Translations under genes and position numbers: made by a program | Part shown: positions 12,596-25,201 of the stretch, piece after piece | Numbering within the stretch: position 1 is the stretch's first letter | Layout: each line of letters starts with the position of its first letter | NCBI GenBank assembly: GCA_030295235.1 | Contig: AP026164.1 | Span: 1,116,001 to 1,180,000, forward strand | Direction of reading: 5' to 3' | Length of the DNA: 64,000 nt | Source: Fistulifera solaris | Taxonomy: Eukaryota | The notes under the pieces: generated by a model | What the model saw: the letters and a program-made list of their open reading frames with translations, nothing else | Told to the model about the DNA's origin: nothing | The model's database searches: none

Positions 12596-13691
12596 TTACA
12601 GAAAATAATCAGGTGGAGGATTTTTGATAGGCACGCCTCTGGCTTCCTGCGGAGCAGCATCGAATATTTTGAAGCTGCGTTCCAAATTTTCATCCAACTC
12701 TAGAATGGCCGCAACATTTCCACAGCGGTAACAGTAATTCGGTGCACTCCATACCGTGACAAGAGCATCATTGAACATAGACTTGTGTCCTTCCATTACA
12801 AGCTGATGGGCGCGAGCAATCAATTCCAGGTCATTTCGTTCGTTAAACATGGCCACAATATCTCCACCAAACAAATATCCAGCTCCTCTGGGTGATAAAC
12901 CCCAGCCTTCCAAATCTTCCGGATCACTCCACATGAGATCACACATCGCGCCATCATGCGGTACTTCCTGTTTTCGATCAATGACACGAATCTGATCCAG
13001 AGTATTGATGCTTGGACTGAGGCCTCCGTGAACGGTAAATATTTTGTCTTCGATAATGGCCGAGAGCGATAAGTAATCGAAAATTTCCGTGCAATATCGC
13101 CATACGTTGACGGAACCATATTTCCTTAGGCACTCGTCGTAAAATCCGTATACTTGAGTAATTTGTCGCGATTCGTGATTGCCTCGGATGAGCGTGATGC
13201 GGTCAGGATACCTTACTTTCAAAGCAAGAAGTAAAAGAAACGTTTCCACCGAGTAGTAACCCCGATCGACAAAGTCTCCAAGAAAAAGATAATTCTTGTC
13301 GGGACACTCGCCCCCGACTTTGAAAAGTTCTACTAAGTCATAGAACTGTCCGTGAATATCACCGCAGATCTGTAAAGGGTAAGTGTGAGTCGATGGAATA
13401 TCGGATAGAGAACATGAATCATGGTTGTAGACATACCGTGACCGGGGCATCGACTCGTTGCACATTGCTCTCATCGACCAAAATTTCTCTGGCTCTCAGA
13501 CAGAGCGCTTTCACTTCTCCCTCTCTCAAGTACTCGCACCGTTTCAGTCGCTCAATCTGTTCGTCAAGACAAGAATTTCCCTGCACCGTCGTAAGTCCGC
13601 TTGCAGTGATGTTGGTCGTCCACTGCGACGGCGGAGTCGTGAGAATGGGATTTTGCTCGGGCATGAGCGTTGCCGTGTCTGCCGCACTCAT
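12596..13691 (-). CDS. PPP4C: Serine/threonine protein phosphatase 4 catalytic subunit
   Basis: [29 protein letters not shown] and C-terminal [23 protein letters not shown] and [17 protein letters not shown] are PP4-type. Intron 13370-13436. Confidence 0.93.
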
Positions 13692-14313
13692 CGGAGTATC
13701 GCTTTGTTGTATCAATTATAGAGACGAGATGCAGGTGCCGACAGGTGTGTCACAAAGTGCGAAAAGACCTACAGATTGTTATGTCGAATTGAAGGACACT
13801 TCGAAGACTAGTGTATTGATTTCTGCTACTTGTGCGTTTTCTTTGGTAGCGTTAGCGTAGCAAAAGGGTCTCGCTTCAAGTGTGAGATCAGAAACGTTGC
13901 TAAAATGTTGCCTAATGGAAAAATTGTTGACGATCGTGAATATCATTAAGGCACCGTGGTCGTTTTTATTGCGGGCGCGTTGCAAAGGTGCAGCGGGATT
14001 GTCGCAGCGTTAGCGAGCATTTCAAATCATGACTATACGACAAAGTGTAGTCTGGTTGGCAAAGACCTACGACTAGAATTAAGTCCCGGGTGTGACGTTT
14101 AATTCGTTCAAGTTCAACGCATAAACCTATTCCTAATGAAAGCCAAATGAGTTGTTGTTGCCGCCAACAGGAGAGAGACACGAGACACAACATAATAATA
14201 CACAACGGATAATCGGAACGAACTTACGAATCGATCGAACTTGCAAAGCAATCATCAAACTATCCTTCACCTTGCGTTAGACGTCGCCATCTACATCTAT
14301 ATTCGGCTGAAGT

Positions 14314-17123
14314 CATGTGGGGATCTCCAGAGGTTCGTAAGGAAAACTGCTTCTCGCTCATTTTGTGTCGCTTTTAACGATGATTATTCGCTCACGCTCG
14401 AGTTCATTGTTGATCTTTGCGTTCGTTTTCTTCATCTGCCGCGTGTGTACGTATATCAACACATAACAGAGAGCTATCTGCTTGGAAGATTCGGACCATT
14501 TAGCCGTATTGCTCTTTCAAATATCCGGTCCATCGCATATACCGTGGAAGGATCAACGATGGCAAGAATTGTTATACGGCTATGACGTCTGGGTGCACGT
14601 AGAGCAACGCAAGGGAGGACTCTTGGAACGCGCCGGTCAGGCACTCGCACAACATGCCCCTCGGTCGTCGAACTTGGCGGCACTGGCGCTGCATGTGACG
14701 CGCATGGTGGATGCTATCTTGCCGAAGGCGGAAAAAGCATTTTCTGATCGCATTGCTATGGTTGGCCGCGCTCGAGCAACGGCGGGGACCTTAAATCTAT
14801 TTCGTATCTTAACACACGCTGTGATTGCGAACCAGCCGTCCGTTCATTCGCATGATTATTTGAGTCATTGTTTTTCGTATCGAAACCGAGACAACAATCA
14901 CGAGTACAATACAGCCCCGGATCTTCTCTCGGCACTCTTACGATTTCTCACACAATGCTCGGCCACGATGAAAGAGATACCGGAAATATATGATACTACG
15001 GCATTAGTACTCGACTGGCTTCTTGTCGCTTTTTCAACACAATTGTACAGACCCATGGTCAGTAGTTTTCAGCGAAAAAATGGAGGCGGTGATCTGTTTT
15101 GGACATTGCTTATGCAACAGGCTCACTTACATGCCACACTTCCTAAAAACGACGCATCCTGGACGCCAAGAGAGCTTATTTGTTGCTTGATGCAGTTTCA
15201 ACTTGATCGGTTGGCAGCGCCAGCCCGGTCAATCCAAGAACACAATTCGAGTCTCGCGAAACAAGTTGCCGCAACCAAAGGAGAGAAATGTGGCCCCGAC
15301 GGACTCTATGAAACTCATTTGATTGTAACTGCTAGCTCCAAATCGACGTCGAAAGTGATTGACTCCGCCTCGTCGACGAATACATCACGAGCTCTTGCCA
15401 GGTACCAGTCCCGAAGCTCAGCCAACATGTTCATTGATGCCACAAAAGGAGCTCTAGTCCTCTCGAGCACTATTATCTTACTACCATTTCGTCTTGTGAC
15501 ACTGGCGTTGGGACTTCTACGACGCGGGGATAAGGCTACGATCAGTTGCACAAGACGCAACTGCAGTCGTCCTTTTCGCGATCCAGGCGGACGAATGATG
15601 TCCTGTGGCTAACCGAAGCTCCCGTAGCTGATCTTGCCGGTAGCTTTCTACTTCTGATCCTCAACAATGAACGTGCCGGAAGTAACGCATTCCGAAATGA
15701 ACTTGCTTCCTTGTCCGACAACCGATGGGAAGGCGAAACCGATCTGAACGGAGGATTACCGGATCTTCCGAATTTAGGAGATGAAATGGCACCGCTTGTG
15801 AAGGATGGAACGTCGTTATCGTCTCGCCTGACGCATGACGAAAATGCCTTTTCGATGGATTTTGAGCGAATTTTCACCTCCTTTGGGACAACTGTTCATA
15901 ATGAAGTAGGTGCTTTGCTCCTTTACACAATACTTCAGGCGTCACCCAAATTCTCTGAAGCGATCGCCGTTCGATCGGATTTGGACACCATTGTCTTACC
16001 CTTGCTGAGGACACTGTATTTTTCTAGTTCAACTCGTTTTTACACAGCAAGCACCAGCAGCAAAGGGAAGGATGGCGAAGCCGCTAAGAAGCTCAACATA
16101 CGAAACTGTCCTTTTCGTTCGCAGTCACAACTCTATGTCATGATCATCTTGCTCCTTATCTTTTCTCAAGATACTTCTTTCGGGGCCGACGCTTTTCGAC
16201 GAATCTCGATACAATCTATTCCGTGGTACAAAGAACGAAATTTGAAAACAATCAGTCTGGGATCAATGATTGTTTTGTCTATGCTCAGATCGCTCACATT
16301 CAATTTGAATCGCTTACATGATCCATTTCTTTTGAGCAACTGCTGCGCTGTACTCTTAAATCTGGCGCCTTCTGTTGTTGAATTGCACGACTACGCAGCT
16401 ATGAGATTGTCCGCTGTCGCCGTAGCTTGCATCAAACGATATGCAGAGTTGGTTGTCGAAAATCCGAACGATGACGAAGAAGACTTATCATCACCAAGAG
16501 CAATGCATGGAGAAGTCGCACGGACGCTGCTGCAAGTAATCAGACATTGCGTCGGTTCGAAAAATATTGACCGTAACCTGCATCTCATTTACGCTTTAGT
16601 TTACCATCAAACTGATTTCAAAAAGGTGTTCACATCGAATGGTAAGAATTCATAGCGTTCTGGCAGATCGATTGAGAGCTCGTTTCTGACTTTTGCCAAA
16701 ATTACACCCCTGTCAGGCTGCCCATTTCGTAAATCAGAGTATTCATCAATTCAAAAGGTAATCGACGCCGCTAAAAGAATCATTGACGAAGGAGACGACG
16801 CCAGAACAGCCGCCAAAGCATTAAAAGTGCTATTAGATCATACTGAAACGCTAAAACAAGTGGCGACTGATTCAAAAAGGCGTTCGAGTACCGAAGATCT
16901 GTTCACCTACGAAGAAGAATCCGATCCGGAAGTCTTTTTTGTACCTTACGTGTGGGAAATAATCGTATCAGTGGTGACGTCAAGCTCGATCGAATGGGAC
17001 ACTGACAAAATCAAAGTATTTGCGTTGTTGGACGATTTACCCGAGGATATTCCCGAAGGCCATATGGATGAGCCTCAGCACGATACAACTAAGTTTTCGA
17101 CGGATGTTTCGGAAGTGGTCTAA
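14314..17123 (+). CDS. DYM: Dymeclin (Dyggve-Melchior-Clausen protein) homologue
   Basis: ISLGSMIVLSMLRSLTFNLNRLHDPFLLSNCCAVLLNLAP, NLHLIYALVY and FTYEEESDPEVFFVPYVW. Introns 14332-14469 and ~16642-16717; frameshift ~15533. Confidence 0.85.
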
Positions 17124-17461
17124 AGTAAAAATGTTTTTTCACTCATATTTCCGACTTCGTCCTTGATCTTGCTCTGTTGAGGACTACGTGATATTAGTTG
17201 ACATTCGAAAAAAACTTGCATCCTTTTCTTTTGCATCTTCATGTGAAGTACCACTTACTGCTGTGAAGTTTGTCCTTGAAAAATACCTATTGGTCAAGGA
17301 GATGTTGGTAAGAGTTATGTTGACATGTCGAATAGACAAAAAGGGAGCAGTCATGTTTATACAAGTTAAAAATAATGTATTTTACACTGTGGCATGAAAT
17401 CGACTTTAGCTAATATCCGGGTGCCCCCACGTCGATAAATTTCCTACGGCGCCTACTTTGT

Positions 17462-17498
17462 ATACCTGGTACCTGGTACGGTACCGGTACCTGGTACG
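17462..17498. repeat. TACCTGG/GTACC palindromic tandem repeat
   Basis: atacctggtacctggtacggtaccggtacctggtacg. Confidence 0.8.
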
Positions 17499-17890
17499 CG
17501 AAATTCTCGTAAACGTTCGAGGCGTTGCAAATCTTCTGCTTTCCATGTTTTAGATTCCAATTCATTTCGATCATTGTATAATATGTACACATGAATTAAT
17601 ACTGACCGGTACCCTTATACCTTATGTTGGTGAAACGTTAGACGCCATTTCTAGGCAAAACAAACCCCAAAGCCCAAAAATTAGCTGCTTGCTGCTTTCA
17701 GCCACGGGTACCGGTAAGATATGCGGACGTCACTTGTGGTTTTTGCTGTCGAAAATAACGCTGCGCCGCACCCCGTTTTTTATTGACAAGCAATAACTTC
17801 GAGAAAGGAAAGACGTTAAGTAAAACAGAGAGGTCGAATACCTTCAATTACACCCAGGATCGAAAGTAAAGCTGACTGCTAAGGGACAAA

Positions 17891-18511
17891 ATGAGCGACT
17901 CCCACAATCATGAACGCTTTATGAAAAGCTGTGCCTCTCGTGCTTGGAGTTCCATGGTAATTTTGTTAAACGTCTTGATCAATTTCACAGCAGCTAGGAC
18001 AAGTGTTTATCTCATGATTTTTTTGATAATGCAGATAGAAGGAGGAGTCCTGGGATTTTGCGTCGGAACCGCGATGATGGCGTGGTATCCTGACCCTGTT
18101 CACTACGACATTAAAAATACGGTGGTGGCCCGAAACATCGGATTAAAGACCGCCCTACGCACCATGAGAGGCCCCATCTTGTGGAGTGCGTTAGTGTGCG
18201 GTACCTTTAGTGGCGTGGAATGTATCATGGAACAGTTGCGTGACGAAACGCATGCTTCTACTTGGGTCAATTCCACAGTCGCGGGCGGTGTTGCGGGCAT
18301 GGTGCTCGGCAGCATGTCGCGTCGCGTCGATGTCATGGCGGCGTCGGCCCTGGGAGTCGGAATGTTGACGGGTATGGTCGACTTTAATGGTAGTCGCTTT
18401 GCTACTACACCCAAGAGGGTGACCGGATTTGAGAGTGCCGCGATACGAAAACAGGAACAGGTGGCTGTGGATGCCCTCAAAGAAAAGTACCCGGAATTCA
18501 AAGGCCTTTAA
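17891..18511 (+). CDS. Tim17/Tim22/Tim23 family mitochondrial inner-membrane protein (Tim22-like)
   Basis: Gly-rich TM segments; GTFSGVECIMEQLR...WVNSTVAGGVAG family motif; in-frame intron ~17957-18034. Confidence 0.75.
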   Translation: MSDSHNHERFMKSCASRAWSSMVILLNVLINFTAARTSVYLMIFLIMQIEGGVLGFCVGTAMMAWYPDPVHYDIKNTVVARNIGLKTALRTMRGPILWSALVCGTFSGVECIMEQLRDETHASTWVNSTVAGGVAGMVLGSMSRRVDVMAASALGVGMLTGMVDFNGSRFATTPKRVTGFESAAIRKQEQVAVDALKEKYPEFKGL

Positions 18512-18671
18512 AGTCTCATCGCCATAACTTTTATTTTCACGCTTTTACCTCGTATTTTTAAAGGGCCTCATGCTCTTCATAATTTGGACAGTTTGTCAGA
18601 ATTACATTGCTGCCACAAGGACAAATCAATTTGACAAAAAACGTTTATTATATGCTTATACAGTATTCGCT

Positions 18672-19920
18672 TTAATCTGATTGCTTCTCTTCTACGTCAT
18701 TGTCCTCGTCATCATCAAGGATAATCCGTTTTACCTCATTTTGTATAAGATCCGCCAACAATTGGTAACCTTTCACGGAGGGATGCACAAAGTCTGTCAT
18801 GAGTTCTTGCATTAAATGCAATGACTGTTGTTTGTGATACTGATTTCCCATATTGCCAATGAAAAGATGTGAAGCATCGAAATAAATCATTTGAGTATGA
18901 TTCGTACAGAAATCTTCCAATTCCTTGTTCACAGCTTCGATCGAAGGCCAGAAGTGATAGCGCTTTTGGCCTTTTCAACGGATTTGGCTTTGGAGCCAAA
19001 GAATCGGGAAGTCGACGATTCAGTGAGCACACCATCGTGCGTCGAGAAAGGTAACATGCCCATGATGACCACAACTGCATCTGGATCATGCCAAGAAAGG
19101 TATTCAGCGGTATTCAAAATGCCAAGAACTGTGGCTTCCTCGGAGCAATATCCTTGTCGCAGATCGTTGCTACCGGCCCAAAGCCAATAGATGCTCGCCG
19201 AAAGGTATTTGGGAAGCTCGCCGTGCTGAAGACGCCATAGAATATTTGAAGTCTAATCCAAGAATGTGAGACGACTAACAGCACCGCAAATGTTGCGCGA
19301 TTTAGATACGAATGACGCAGAGCCGACTCTCATTTATTGACTCACCTGGTCCCCCGCAATCCCTAAATACAATACATCCCAGCCGAAATCCCCCGCTTCA
19401 AACATCGTCTTGAATAAACTACCTACTTGTTGACTTTCGCCATTGGTCATTCCTAGTTGTTTTCCGCCCATCTTCTCCACCATTTCGTCACCGACAAAAA
19501 CGACATCAAAAGGTTTGTACGAACTCTGTTTCGCAACAGCATCTTCCACATACTTTTTGTTGGCTTCATGCGCTTTCAACCATCCATTGAGATGCGAGTT
19601 GCTCTCCGGCTCAGTGAAATCGAGACAAGTACACTGGTCATCGCCGCCCCACAAACACCAGTGATCAATTTGCGATGCCTGAAACGAGTAATGCTTGGAA
19701 ATGTGTGCATAATCGTGTTGCAGCCGATTTCTCATCACGGGTCGTCGGAAATTGGGTACCAGAAACGACATGATGACACCAATGACACAAAAGAAAAGAA
19801 ATGCTGTGATTTTGGGATAATACTCCATGTAAAGTTTAATAAGTGTCCACAATTGCTGCACGAGCATTGAAAAGAGGGTTTGCTCCGCGGTGCGGCGGGG
19901 CGTAAGCTTTCCATTTCCAT
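18672..19920 (-). CDS. Type II membrane SGNH/GDSL-fold protein (PAF-acetylhydrolase Ib-like), probably inactive
   Basis: VVFVGDEM (block I), LGIAGDQ|TSNILWRLQHGEL (block II), AGSNDL (block III) and DFVHPS (block V); N-terminal TM; intron ~19252-19345; frameshift ~18930; start approximate. Confidence 0.75.
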
Positions 19921-20153
19921 GGGTTGTGCCGCATTGTTGCGTTCTCCTAGTGAAATCATTATTGAAACTAAAATGCTTTGAAGATGATGACAATAATAAC
20001 AACAAAGAGATCGAATAGACTGACTAGAAACAGAGGCGCGAATATGATGAGAGCTCGATTTTTGTTTTCGGTCATCCGTGCATCCGTGGTGTGTGTCCCG
20101 CACTCGTAAAACAACAGCAGAAGCTTTCGTGACTCGCCCAATGTCAGTCAGTC

Positions 20154-20192
20154 AGTACCAGGTACCCAGGTACCAGTACCTGGTACCTGGTA
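20154..20192. repeat. TACCAGG/TACCTGG palindromic tandem repeat
   Basis: agtaccaggtacccaggtaccagtacctggtacctggta. Confidence 0.8.
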
Positions 20193-20480
20193 ATGGCACA
20201 GCTTCCTTATTATTACATACGTAGTACGCTAAACGCTAAACTCCAAGTAGAATCCGACTGAAATGCAGTCACGAGTCACGAACAAATTATGTGATTGCAA
20301 TGAACGTTCTATAGAAAGTCTCTACCTGGTAGCTCAAAAGAAACCAAAAGGTAGACTAGTTGAACACATTTTTCACTAAGTATTCTTTAGTGATATATCG
20401 TGGAGTATGCGGCGTGCTAGGAGTTTTTGTTGCTGATTATAGATTCAGCTTCAAACGCGCCGAATAATCTTGAACGGCGA

Positions 20481-20867
20481 TTAGTTGACAAGGAACATTC
20501 CTTTGGGGAGAAAATGGAAGAAGTCATCCAGGATGAGAGTGGAAGGAACCGCAATGAGCAAGGCAGCCCACCAGTCCATCACCAAATTCGTGTTGGCTAA
20601 CATAGCCGGGTCTTTCCATTTCACTTCTCGAATTTCTCCCGTATTCATATCCTTAACAATAGAGCCTTGAGAAGCGGATGGAGATGGAGCTTTCACTTCG
20701 GGTTCATCCATGGTGGCTAGTGGCGCTGGTTTCTCGTCGTCTTTGGAGAACATGAACTGTTGTGTTGAAGTCGCTATTTTGGTAACGCCAAAGCGAGCGG
20801 TGCTGGGAGTAAAGGCAGAAACTACCGATACCAACAAAAGGAAGCGAAAGAGATGCATCATGATCAA
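20481..20867 (-). CDS. Small plastid-targeted membrane protein of unknown function
   Basis: Signal peptide ending VVSA-FTPS (ASAFAP-type), S/T-rich transit peptide and C-terminal TM. Confidence 0.7.
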   Translation of the reverse strand: MIMMHLFRFLLLVSVVSAFTPSTARFGVTKIATSTQQFMFSKDDEKPAPLATMDEPEVKAPSPSASQGSIVKDMNTGEIREVKWKDPAMLANTNLVMDWWAALLIAVPSTLILDDFFHFLPKGMFLVN

Positions 20868-21657
20868 CTGTTATATATTTTTAAAAAGAAGATGACAAGT
20901 CAAGGAAAAGTTTGCAACAAAAGATCCGCCGATGCGCGTGTCTTTTTCATGCATCGAAAAGTTCAACTTGAAGCCATCGTTTATCTTTGTCTGTTTGTTT
21001 GTCCTGATGACGTCATGATTTGGCTACGGACGCAGGATCGACGGAAAGGTCGCCTTCTATAATACGGAGTATAGCATGATGCTACACCTAATCAAGTGAT
21101 TTCCGTTGCCAATTTGATTGAAGCAGTTCATTGTTACTCTTCCCAACAAAAACAGACTAGTAGTAAAGTTCATTGATCGAAAATAGTTCCAACTGTGTGT
21201 TTTCATTGAAATGCAATCCCGTCAAAGAACACGGGACTGATAATCCGTCTAGTCGAGGAAAAGAAGTGTATTTTCTCTTATTTTCTCTGGAAAGTAATCA
21301 TCGCAATTCATTCCTATAACATCGTCAAGATCATCAACCACATAGATCTAAATTAAAACCATGACAAGAATGAGCAATTATCACCCACGGGTCGAAAGTC
21401 GGGACTGAAAATTTGCTTGGGAAAAAGGAGCCTTAAGCTACTGTTTGCATTATTGTAGAAAATGATCTTTTTTTCCGAAAGAATGAGCATCGTCGAATTG
21501 CATGTCTTTTGAAAATTGTTGTAAATGAAATTGAGCTGTCTTTCAAATTAGATTGTTCAGTTACAGCTAAGTTATTCCTTACACGCCTACTGTTAGTTTC
21601 ATATGACGTTTCAAGCAACGTTTTCTAGTTGGTCGATTTGGACTGCCCAGCGGTAGC

Positions 21658-22868
21658 ATGTTTGCGATACGCATCACCATTGCTGCGTGGATTCTTTGTA
21701 TCTTCTTGACAAATTATCGATCCTTTCGCTTTTGCCATTCCTGGACCTCTCTGTATCGTTACTCGAGAAAGATTGTTGAGATGAAAGCAAGTCACCAAGC
21801 ATGGATGGACACGTCCACGACGGTCGTGACCCAGCCCATTTTTTCAAATCTCTCACTTACGTCTCCACGAGCATGGCTAGAATCCTTGCCTTCCGGAGCC
21901 TATACTGTACTACGCTGCGATGTCATCAACATTGTCGGATCGTCGACTATCAAGGTATGGGGAAAAGACTTTCATCTGCAGAGGTTAGAACAATCCTTTC
22001 GAACACTCCTGACAACAATCCACGGCAAAAAGGTTCAGAAGATATGAATGCTATGACTTTGAAAGCTATCAAGCAATCTGATCGCATGATACAAGCTTTA
22101 GTATCTTGCTATGAAATGCAACTTCCGAGTGCAATAGCAAATTCAAGTCACCTGCTATGCGATTCATACATGTTGACTGTACTATGGTCTCTTCAAGACG
22201 ATGCAGCACTGGGTGTGAGAGGCCATATAACACCCTATCAAATTGCTTGGAATCCAAAAGAATATAGTCCTCAGCCGTGGAAGGTAGTTCTAGCCCACGA
22301 CCCAACATTCACACTTCCATCACGAAAGGAATATAATCCAGAAGCGAAGTTATCGTCTTGGTGTCATTTAAGAAAGCCCCTTGAAGTGCATTTCAAAGTC
22401 CCTCATGCTGCGGACGAAGTCTTCCTACTGGACAACAAAAGTAGAGCTACGGCATCGTGCGATTTGAATACAACGTTGGTATTGTCCAATGTCGGAATTC
22501 TGGAAGGTCTGACCACTAACGTTTTCGTTGTCCACCAAGACGGGACTTTCTACACCGCCCCCAATCATTCTGTGCTGGGAGGTTTCGCACGACAATTGGT
22601 GATAGAAAGTGCTTTTCGTTTAGGAATGAACGTTAAATCCTCGCAGCCAGTCTGTTTGGCGGATGCAGCCTTGTGGACCGAAGTTTTTGTGACATCTGCG
22701 ATCAAATTGGTGACCCCCGTTGAGTCTATTATAATTCCAAAACATGACAAGATTTACGCTCAATCTACTTCAAATGAGCTCCTATGGTCTCAGCCGGCTT
22801 CTGTGACAAATCAGCGTGTGTGGAAAACAATTTACAATGACATTCTGTCCCACCAACTCTGTAGTTAA
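21658..22868 (+). CDS. PLP-dependent aminotransferase class IV-like protein
   Basis: GAYTVLR, PEAKLSSW (candidate PLP Lys), ILEGLTTNVF, VLGGFARQLV and EVFVTSA; frameshift ~22030; hydrophobic N-terminus. Confidence 0.75.
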
Positions 22869-22905
22869 TATATTTAACGCTTCGTGAAACGCATATTTAC
22901 AAATC

Positions 22906-24529
22906 TTAATTATCTTCTTCTAAAACTTGATTGTCTTCGCCTTCAGGAACAACGTCGCCATCACCAAGCTGTGCCAAATCACGTTCTAGATTCAAAAGCT
23001 CCGCCGCAAGTTCTGGGTCGTTGGCAAGCTCCGCTTCAAAATCAACATCCAAATCCTCCCCTTCTTCATCTACTTGTTCTTCATTCATGTCATCGAAGAA
23101 TCCCATGCGTCCAGCTGTCTCCTCCAACTCTTTCTGTTTTCTTCCTTCCTTGTACCTTTTGCGGCGTTCTCGCTTCTTGGTCATGCGTTTCTGACCCTGT
23201 TGTTCGTCAACACCGACGGCGGCCGTCTCCTTGTTACGAGGCGCTTTCTTGACCAGCACCACATCCGGCAAAGTGAATCCTCCGTGAAGCTGCTCTTGCA
23301 TTTCCCAATCATCCGTTCCAACGGAGTTAACGAGGTCATAACCCAAAACAACGTCACCAGCCGCAATCCAGTGTCCCAAATGCGTCACACAGGCAAACAT
23401 CTCATCGTTGACTCCAAAATCCGATTCGCGCGCGACCGTCACATCCGCCAAGGCATACTTTTCGACACCACTATTGGGTCCTTCGTACAGCTGTCCACTC
23501 GAGGCCTGTTCATCACACAATTCGACATCTAGCACCACAAATCGGACCAAACGATGTCCAGCTTGCAGCATTTGATAGTGCTTTTCGGTTTTGTAGTACT
23601 GATCGGCCGATAACTCCATCATGCTATCGGAAACGTGCGTTCGTTTCGGTGAAGCACCTACAAATTGAATTGTGGAAGACACTTTGGTGACAATGGCGAG
23701 ACTTCCGGCTAATTTAGAACCCGCGGCTTTTCTATGAATCAAAACCAAATCATCCCGACAGAGTGGTACCATTTGCGCCATGAAGGTCGTCTTCATGTTG
23801 GCCGTATTACTGTGGTTGTCCGCCGACACCATCTTGGTCGTTCGTTGAATCCGCATTGCCGCCACGCGTTGTAAGAAATTCGTAAATGTTTGTGCATGCG
23901 TATTGGATAGGAAGTAGAAATCGAAACCATTCTTTTGGTATCGACTTTAAGTACGTGTTGTCGAATGGCTTTGTTCTTGGCGAGTGCCATTTCCAACGCC
24001 GCCAATCCCTTTTGCTGTCATTCCGCACTTGTCGAACTTGCACCAGAGCATGCCACGTCCGATTGGTAAAATCGCGATTGCACTCGGGACACATTTGAAA
24101 CTGCACATGCAATTCTACCATGACACGCTGTTGTACGATGACGGACAACAATTCGGTACGAACGGTCAACCGGAGTTTGAGACGCATACAATGCGGTTCG
24201 GTCCATATCCACGAGGCATCCACTAAATGTAAATCATGATGATTCAAAGCCGGAATGTGCTTTAAGCAAATCGACAAGAGTTCCGGTGACTCGTGTTCCG
24301 CGTACTCGTATCGCGTCGGGGTTCGCGCAAATCTTCGACAATTGCGACATTGATGAATGGTAATATGCTTATGCCCCGCCGGTCCTCGTTGCAATCGTTC
24401 CGTGAGGTTGAATTCTTGTGCCAAACACGTCGAACATTGATTGGCGGCATTCGGCAGAATCATCGTTCCGCAGAGACAGCAGGGAATTTGGACACTGGTC
24501 AAGACGGGGGGAGTCGCGGTAGGTGACAT
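22906..24529 (-). CDS. NMD3: 60S ribosomal export adaptor NMD3
   Basis: CCLCG...NAANQCSTC, ESPELLSICLK, LVDASWIWTEPH, CPEC...WHALVQVRQ, PLCRDDLV, THLGH..GDVVLGYDL, PDVVLVKK and acidic tail; frameshifts ~23920-24010. Confidence 0.92.
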
Positions 24530-25201
24530 GTTTGTTTTGATATGAGTTCGTTTGCTCGCGTCTTACAAAAAAAATAAGCTTCGTCTCTCACTTCAATACC
24601 TGGTAAAGTTATCAAATAAAAAAAGCGATAAAGGATACAAAGAATACTGGTATGGATAAATAACAACAACAAAGGGGGTGATTTTTTCGTTTTTGTGATT
24701 GACAACATACCTGGTAACGCTTGGGGGGAAATTTTGATCTTGCGTCTGACCGACCATCACCCTTGACGTTTCTTGCATGTTCGAAAGGGTTCGAACTACT
24801 TGCAAAAATGCGAACTCGTTTTGGCAGCAACGTCTTTGCTTCATCCGTGGATGGCTCGACAACCACAATTCTTCGCTTCGCTTTTCTCGGTTCATGGATG
24901 ACGTGGCCAAGTGCCCTCAATGCCGGTTAATCTCTCCATTCCATAGTGGTCCCTGTCGCAGCATGTCTTCTTCCTTACAGTCTATAAGCCGCTCCGACAC
25001 GACATCAAATGAAGAATCATCATCCTCGAGTTTGCGAACTTCCGGAAGAATTTTGAGAAGTTTTCTTCGGGTGGCTCGACGTTCTCACACACGAGAGGAT
25101 CGTGTGTCCACCGATCGCCCACATTCGTTCACCAACACATCTCACAATCACACCCTTTCTCATTAACTCGCTTTCCTAGGCTTTTGAGACACTCTTATAA
25201 C

